DNA from: Octopus bimaculoides
Taxonomy: Eukaryota
NCBI RefSeq assembly: GCF_001194135.2
Contig: NC_068982.1
Coordinates: 160,743,231 to 160,784,986 of the forward strand
DNA length: 41,756 nt
Reading direction: 5' to 3'
The position numbers and the translations under genes were made by a program. Shown here one piece after another: positions 34,565-41,756 of this stretch (position 1 is the first letter of the stretch; every line of letters starts with the position of its first letter). A model generated the notes under the pieces. The model did not search any database. It was not told where the DNA came from and worked only from the letters and a program-made list of their open reading frames with translations.

Positions 34565-36434
34565 TATATCCTGTCTATTTAGAACAGTTTGTTGAACTTG
34601 ATAGAGAGTGAGGTTTTACTGCTATTCCCAGCAGGTACAAGATTCATCTCTGACTCATCATCCACTTAGTAACATTTACCGGTTGATGAACAGCATGTGT
34701 TAAGCATGAGTTAAATCTGTTTTGATCATCATAAGGAGATATGTTATGTGACAACGAATGATACTTCTGATATTTATTTTTTTAACATGATTTGGCCATT
34801 CAACTATGGCTAGATTGCATCGCTGAAGAGTCTTACAATCACGTGAACTGCATCGAAACTGCACATACAGATAACTAACTACTTTCCACACAGACCTACA
34901 TCGCTGAAACTGTGGAAGCCTGCAAGCGACAACATTTTCGACAGCCACACACTCTTCATATCGCGTCCTGAAATTCAGACCCTGTATTTTTCCACAATTC
35001 TACACGGACTCTTGCACTTATAGACTCTTATAGAGTTTCAAAAACATTTTTCTTTCAGATTACCAGTAACGAACACGACCTGTATTCAAGTTTGTTATTT
35101 CTTATTTCCTTCTTTTGCTTACTTTTCATTTCGTTTTCTTAATTATAATTTCTGCCTGAAAAAGTTTATTCGTTTACATTATAGCACGTTCGTAAACCTG
35201 CAGCACAATTAAGTTCAAATTTAATGCGGCGTTCATTCCGCGAAAACGAGTAATTCACGTTCATGCATATTTTTATGATGTCCTTTTTTCTTTTGCCGTT
35301 TGTATAGATTATCTCTCATTCACACGTATCGTAAACTGTTCACATTGCATGGTTTTTACAAAATGTCTTCGCGTGAATGTTTCCAGTTTTCGCAGGTTAT
35401 TTAATCTTTGCTTCAAAATTCTATATGTTTTGCTTTCTAAGAAAAATAATAAACGTTCAAACATATATGCACGCATCACTACACGCAGGTACACATCTGC
35501 ACCTTAATATTTCATTGAGTTATTTCCCACGTCTGAGCCTATGCTCAGCTTTCTTTTCCCTCTAAGTGCACGTCAGATGTCTTTTTGGATTATGTCCAAG
35601 CACCCCGCACCTTCCTCTCTATACGACCCCAGTTTTGTCACAGTATATGTAAGGTTTACCTGGTTCAGCACACCAGCAAGCATCTTACACTTTGTCATTC
35701 CTGCTTGCTCACAGCAGTTCCACATGACCACAACACTAGATAAATTAGGCCCCTATATTTCTTCTAAGGCACTTACCACATAGTGCACACGTCTATCAGA
35801 AATTTTCCTATTATATCATAGATTAAGAATGCACTCTCTCGCCTCATCTTCTTTTTAATGAAAATTTGCAGCCGCATCATTTTTCTTGCACATGTATACG
35901 CAATCTGTTAGTGAGTCACTCGTACGTTCACTTAACACTACCAGGAAACCGATACGCAGGAAGCCAATACGTGCAATGCCGATAAGCACGAAGCCTAGAT
36001 GCAAGCTATGCACAGGAGCGACATTCCAGATTATTTCAACCCATTCTCGAATAGGCATCTGCTATTCCGTAAACGTCACCTCAGATTCCACTGATATCCA
36101 CGTTTCTTCTGGTTTCCATCTCACCCACCTGTACACTTCACATTTTTCAGTCTCAGTTCAGAACGTTGTTCCAATTTACGTTTCAATTTAGCTTTATCTT
36201 ACCTTTTTCCATCCGTTCAGCTAGCAGTCAGCGAAAGATGAGCTTAACTACCTACAAAACGAATAACAAAACTGAAAAAAAATCTGTGTTCAACAACAAC
36301 TCAAAGAAGTTTTATTTTGTAACTATAAATGTATGCTGCTGTAAATTGTCACGACAAAATCATAGGCCATATCATCACTAATAATTTTCTCATGTCATTT
36401 ACCTCCTACATACAATCATTTTATAAATGTAAGT

Positions 36435-36660
36435 ATGTGTGTATACACACACACACACACGCACATAAACATACACACACTCACATACACATATATATAT
36501 AAATATGTATATACACATATACATATGCATAAATATTTACACATATATATATATATACATGTATATGTACACACAAGCATATACATACACATATATGTCC
36601 ATTTATCTATATGTATATGTGTCTATATACATATGTATGTGTGTGTGTGTGCGTATATAT
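36435..36660. repeat. Low-complexity (CA)/(TA) tract
   Basis: Read directly from the sequence. Confidence 0.9.
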
Positions 36661-37357
36661 TCGCTGTACCTATGAAATGATCGCAACAGTCAATTCACAA
36701 TATAGTACTCGATATAGAGGCTATAGCTACACTGCTTCTATATGATATCTAAGTTCGCTAGATATAACAACCAGTTAGATCTGTCTTTCTTTATCTCTCT
36801 CTCTCTTTCTCTCTGTCTCTCTCTCTCTCTTTCTCTTCATCTATCACTTTCCCAAATCACAACCCTTTAAAAATGAAAGTATATTGATTAATGTGGGCTT
36901 AATACACTGAGCGAGAGAACAGATGCAGTTGCCAGAACTGTAATATATCTTAACATATGCTTAGATCAAGATTGTCCTATGATAAGCAACAAGAAATAAT
37001 ATAATAATGATTTTCTACATATCGACACAAACTAAAATAATAATTTTCTACACATCGACAAAAACTACTAAATACAGCAACTGCATGTCTCATGAATGAA
37101 ACTATTATCTTACGACAGAAGACATACTGGATGATATAGTCTTCGGTATACTATTCCTGAAAATGAAGGACAGGCTGGTAATGGCTTGAATATATTTCAT
37201 AGATCTACCAAATCTTTTGAGTCCGAGGCTAAATTAAGCACATGAGCAAATATATCGTCAACGATAATTTTTTAGCTTCCATATCTAAATTCAAATATAC
37301 ATATATTGCAAATAAGTGGAGGCTGCCAGGTTCGCTCAACCCAGATGTATTAAAATA

Positions 37358-37700
37358 AGCCTTTCCATACACTAACTGGACGACTAGTTAGTGTATGTAT
37401 GTATGTATGCATGTATGTATGTATGTATGTATGTACGTATGTACGTATGTACGTAANNNNNNNNNNNNNNNNNNNNNNNNNNNNNNNNNNNNNNNNNNNN
37501 NNNNNNNNNNNNNNNNNNNNNNNNNNNNNNNNNNNNNNNNNNNNNNNNNNNNNNNNNNNNNNNNNNNNNNNNAGCCTTTCCATACACTAACTGGACGACT
37601 AGTTAGTGTATGTATGTATGTATGCATGTATGTATGTATGTATGTATGTACGTATGTACGTATGTACGTAAGTATGTATGTATGTATGTATGTATGTATT
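37358..37700. repeat. (TATG)n tract with the same 99-bp sequence on both sides of an N-gap
   Basis: 37358-37456 is identical to 37573-37671; the gap spans 37457-37572. Confidence 0.9.
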
Positions 37701-38181
37701 ATGTATTGCCAATATTGAGGAAATTAATAATAAGGCTTATAACAAAAAAGAAATTGTATAATATAAAAGGAGAGGACAGGAAACGTGATGTGGTATCTGA
37801 TTGATGTTTTTAGATGCTGGAGTGGGGAAAAGCTTATAAAATATGAATATTTAAATTCAAAAATACTAATTTGTTAATGTTTAGGCAATATGAAAAAAAT
37901 AAATGAACTATGCAATTGGGAAATCAAGAAGCGCAAACAAAGAGTTACTATTTTTATAAAACGTGAGCTTGTTGATAATGATAATAAACATAGTGCACAT
38001 TTTAGATACTGACGTAAACAAAATAACTCTCAAAGCAACAAAACCAATTTAGTTTATAAATATGCTGTAAACAAATGTAAATTCAAGCAGATACGCAATC
38101 ACCCCGAGGCAAATTTTACTAGCCTCCAGTCCACGAATGATTTGCAAGTGAAATTTGTTCTTCAGGAACTGTGCAGAGACA

Positions 38182-38218
38182 AATCCTACGCATGTATGTA
38201 TGTATATATGTATATATG

Positions 38219-38252
<34 letters not shown>

Positions 38253-38316
38253 TGTATGTATGATTGCATGCATGTGTGTATGTATGCATGCATTGTGTAT
38301 GTATGCATGCAGGTAT
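38182..38316. repeat. Imperfect (TATG)n microsatellite
   Basis: Read directly from the sequence. Confidence 0.93.
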
Positions 38317-38759
38317 GTATGTTATTATTATTTCTAGATTTATACCATTGCTATATCGAACCTGAACACACGACCAAACTTGGATCAACTGGATAGACCA
38401 TCGGCAGATAACATTAGAATTAATAGTAAACGGAATAGGTGCTTGATGACGTAACCTATCGATAAAACTTCTTTCAAAATATTCACTAGAAATATTTCTG
38501 CCTTACGTAGGATTTTCAGGAAAATTACCACTCCTAACTTAGCATGTATTATTTGCAACCTCAAATAGATACAAACTACTTAGCTGAAATATTGATTCAT
38601 ACCACCTAACTAAAATTAGTAATAGCATCTAGATTTTATCTGGTCGAAAGACCGACAGAGCCGATATTCCTTGTTATATATTTAATGTTGCGTGCCCCTT
38701 TGACCCACGAGTAGTCCAGAAGGAAGGCGGAAAAATAGATATTTGCAATCCTCTTAAGC

Positions 38760-39095
38760 ACGATATAACCCGGCTATGGAAAGCATTTCTTACTTTCTAC
38801 TACTTTAGTAGGTTCATGTTCATACAATTTACCAGTACGTTAAAATCCTAGATTTCTACATAGCTCCCAGTGGATTACTCTCCCTAGATTGTCATGTCTT
38901 TTCTTGTACTCTTTCTGTGCCAGCATGCTACATTCACTTACTATGTGAGTAACGCTTTCCTCTTTTGATTTGCATAGTCTAAATTGGGAATGATCTTCAG
39001 CAGCTACTAACAAACTTTCTGTCTCCCTCTTCTGTAACCATAACCATGTCTCACTACTACTATTTGCTGCAACTATCTTTGGGAATCTACCAAAT
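38760..39095 (-). mobile_element. Third R4/Dong-type fragment (zinc-knuckle region)
   Basis: Minus-strand pieces: TWLWLQKRETESLLVAAED...RLCKSKEESVTHIVSECSMLAQKEYKKRHDNLGRVIHWELCRNLGF...LYEHEPTKVVES. Confidence 0.85.
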
Positions 39096-40704
39096 TATAA
39101 TTATTATTATTGTCGTTGTTGTTGTTGTTTTTTGTTGAACGAGAGAGTAATGAGTACCATCAAAGTGACATAGATGGTACAAATATACGAAGGCCAATGT
39201 ACCCATCATGACTACCAATCTGATAAAGGTACGCCAGGCACATGCATCACAGTTACATATGCATGACATTTTGATCTTATATCAAGATAAACGACGCATG
39301 ACTTTGCAGGTGGGGCCCAGTCAGAAATTTTCTTCTAATCAAGTAGTCTATCCCGCTCAAAGAATTCCACTCAATCCATGGCTATGATGTTTCCCCACTA
39401 CTCCTGTTCGTGATAAGAGATATACATATCGTCTGTAAATAAAAGGCATGCTTAACTGGTTGAGGTCAAGCAACTGCGAGCAAATCTGTGGTACTGAACA
39501 GAATATTTTATACCATCTTTCATACCAAGACAAAACATGTACATAATAACACTTCGAATCAGTTAAGATCATAAGTCATGAGAGCCACTGCCTTGTAATG
39601 CATCGGTGTTGGTGTTATTATTCTTACAACTATGGTTATTAAGATTATTGTTTTATTGATATTATTATGTGAGTTATTCAATCACCTTTGTTGGCAATGC
39701 TGTTATTATACTGTTATAATAATGTTTATACGTGAACTTGTATGTATGTATGTATGTAGTCCTGCATGTATATAAGTTTGTGTATGTGTCTGTATCAATA
39801 ATTGCAGCGTTAAACTCCTACAGCAATATGCTACTATCAAGTGGAGTAGCAATGTGTATAAAGGTTACTTACGTAGTCTACAGAGTAACATACAGTTTAA
39901 AGAATAACAGGAAAAAATGGTTGGAATTTCAGTTAATTAATGACCATTGCTCTAATAGTTAACAGTTAATCAATAATTAATAACTGCAATATACTAAAGC
40001 AATCATCAGACACATCTTCAGATGATGCTGAAATATAATTTGGGTCAGCCTGTTATGGTTGTTTGTTGCACGTTAGTGCTTCAATTTGTGTGTGTGTGTG
40101 AGTGTGTATCTCGTAGGACATACACCAATGACATGGTGTACATATGGCGTATAAATGTGATGACTACATACGTTTTGGGTCTCTTGAAATAGATGTCAAG
40201 ATAATACTTTACATGATACTTCTGTTTTGTTTTCTTTTTTCGTCATTTTGTAATCTGTATTTTGTACTTCATGTAAATATACGTCTCCAGCCTAGCTGTG
40301 TTTTTCTGGCTTTTTTACCTTTCCCTCTCTCTTTCTCTCTCTCTCTCCTTTCTCTCTCTGTCTTTCTGTATGTCTGTCTGTCTCTCTTTCCANNNNNNNN
40401 NNNNNNNNNNNNNNNNNNNNNNNNNNNNNNNNNNNNNNNNNNNNNNNNNNNNNNNNNNNNNNNNNNNNNNNNNNNNNNNNNNNNNNNNNNNNNNNNNNNN
40501 NNNNNNNNNNNNNNNNNNNNNNNNNNNNNNNNNNNNNNNNNNNNNNNNNNNNNNNNNNNNNNNNNNNNNNNNNNNNNNNNNNNNNNNNNNNNNNNNNNNN
40601 NNNNNNNNNNNNNNNNNNNNNNNNNNNNNNNNNNNNNNNNNNNNNNNNNNNNNNNNNNNNNNNNNNNNNNNNNNNNNNNNNNNNNNNNNNNNNNNNNNNN
40701 NNNN

Positions 40705-40790
40705 ATATATAAGATACTTGTAGTGCTCCTATATTTATGTATATAAGATACTTGTAATGCTCCTATATATATGATACTTGTAGTGCTCCT
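40705..40790 (+). repeat. About three imperfect tandem copies of GATACTTGTAGTGCTCCTATAT next to a gap
   Basis: Read directly from the sequence. Confidence 0.85.
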
Positions 40791-41310
40791 CTTCGCCTCG
40801 AACCTTCGAACATGTAGGATTGAAGGTACAAGAAGTGCACTATATGAGAATGACAACTTGCCTTGCATTAGGCGTTAAGTCATTTTTACTCAGAATCAAA
40901 CCACCCCACCGATGAACCTCAAACACTGTTGCTATGACTCCCTGTTCTTTTCTTGTACAAGACGCGTTAGCCGAACCAGAGTGACATTAATGACAACTAT
41001 TATTGAACAGCATGAAAGAACGGAGACTATGAAGAGCAGCTGAGCTGCCTCTACCTCCAGCCAACGCCCGCGCAGACGCCCTGCGAGAAAATGTCGTATG
41101 TCTCTGATGACAGTTTGTAATCAATTTGAGATTCCTTTTAGTACTTTTCTAACCCAACTCTGCCTCACAACAATATGAAGAGGTAACTTTGAAGAATCAT
41201 GTAATCACATCAAATAACTGATAAATTGTTTTGAGAGTATGAGCTGTAAATTTCTGACACTATGTTCTTCTTATCTGCTAGAACTAACAGTCAAATCAAA
41301 TTTTGCTTAA

Positions 41311-41530
41311 CCCTTTAACATTCAGGTTACTCAGTCAAATGTAATGCTTATTTATTCACATTACTTTGAAGTAATCAGATATTCTCTCATAGCTTCGGGA
41401 TTTCAATGGTGCGGCTGTTTACTTTTAAAAGAACATTGTAAATTAGGTGTGAGAGAATTGACTTGGCTGGTATTAACATAAAACTGGTAGAATATTTGAA
41501 TCGGATATGGCCGCTTTGAATGTTAAAGGG
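41311..41530. mobile_element. piggyBac-type MITE (220 bp)
   Basis: TTAA|CCCTTTAACATTCA ... TGAATGTTAAAGGG|TTAA: a perfect 14-bp TIR starting CCC with a TTAA TSD, the piggyBac hallmarks. No ORF. Confidence 0.92.
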
Positions 41531-41691
41531 TTAAATTATAAAACTCGACAATTTTTAGAATGATATGTAACTATGCTGGACATATGGTACAGAAAAAAGA
41601 GAGACGAGTTGGCCAATACCAAAAAAAGCTTTTGCCCTACGAAAATCTTGTTGCAAGGCAACAACATACCTATAAGTCTTCACTGAATATC

Positions 41692-41756
41692 TCTTTTTCT
41701 TTCTCTCTCTCTCCCTCTTTCTCTTCTTCTCTCTTCTTCTCTCTTTTTCTCCCTCT
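41692..41756. repeat. (CT)n-rich tract
   Basis: Read directly from the sequence. Confidence 0.9.

Larger units (their letters stand above)
1264..40704. other. Assembly gaps at 1264-1485, 24587-24618, 31250-31334, 37457-37572 and 40393-40704
   Basis: Runs of N, each flanked by microsatellite or low-complexity sequence. Confidence 1.

Noticed and set aside
34960-34986. ACCCTG-TA as the second TIR of the D,D37D element
   Set aside because: Only 6 bp match the left TIR; a longer degraded match at 34536-34564 fits better.
35500-36060. Possible very old RTE remnant on the minus strand, plus a degenerate 15-bp repeat at ~35941-35995
   Set aside because: Only scattered resemblance (GTGGTCATGTGG); I could not reconstruct collinear protein motifs.
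37358-37671. Exact 99-bp direct repeat
   Set aside because: The copies are identical and sit on either side of an N-gap, the signature of unmerged overlapping contig ends.
6448-38396. Many ORFs rich in HT, CV, YI, MYVC, LSIY, RE or poly-I/Y
   Set aside because: They are translations of microsatellites, not genes.
39140-39590. Sequence I recall as an abundant octopus dispersed repeat
   Set aside because: No second copy, termini or coding motif in the window supports a class; it needs a library search.
34281-41035. 15-bp inverted match AACGGAGACTATGAA between ~34283 and ~41019
   Set aside because: About one match of this length is expected by chance in 42 kb over both strands, and the flanks do not extend.

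Overview
AT-rich, microsatellite-dense eukaryotic scaffold DNA with five N-gaps. The SINE and LINE families look like those I recall from octopus, so a coleoid cephalopod origin is likely; this is inference, not a search result. I recognise no intact host gene, and most ORFs in the supplied track are translated microsatellites or antisense frames of transposon relics. The window is mostly decayed mobile DNA: a Gypsy gag fragment with a probable LTR, a mariner D,D34D element, a maT-like D,D37D element, a CR1/L2-group LINE, two RTE-type RT fragments, one long and two short R4/Dong-type (RLE) retrotransposon copies, a Penelope-like RT fragment, several tRNA-derived SINE families, a piggyBac-type MITE and three palindromic or TIR elements. 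The best second-look items are structural: a ~730-bp fold-back palindrome, a perfect 23-bp hairpin made by a template switch inside an RTE relic, a TTAGGG-rich patchwork insertion in a SINE tRNA head, a 215-bp local segment copied into a mariner without a TSD, and six same-family SINEs arranged as three convergent inverted pairs. I found no convincing new biological system; the findings below are hypotheses with stated tests.
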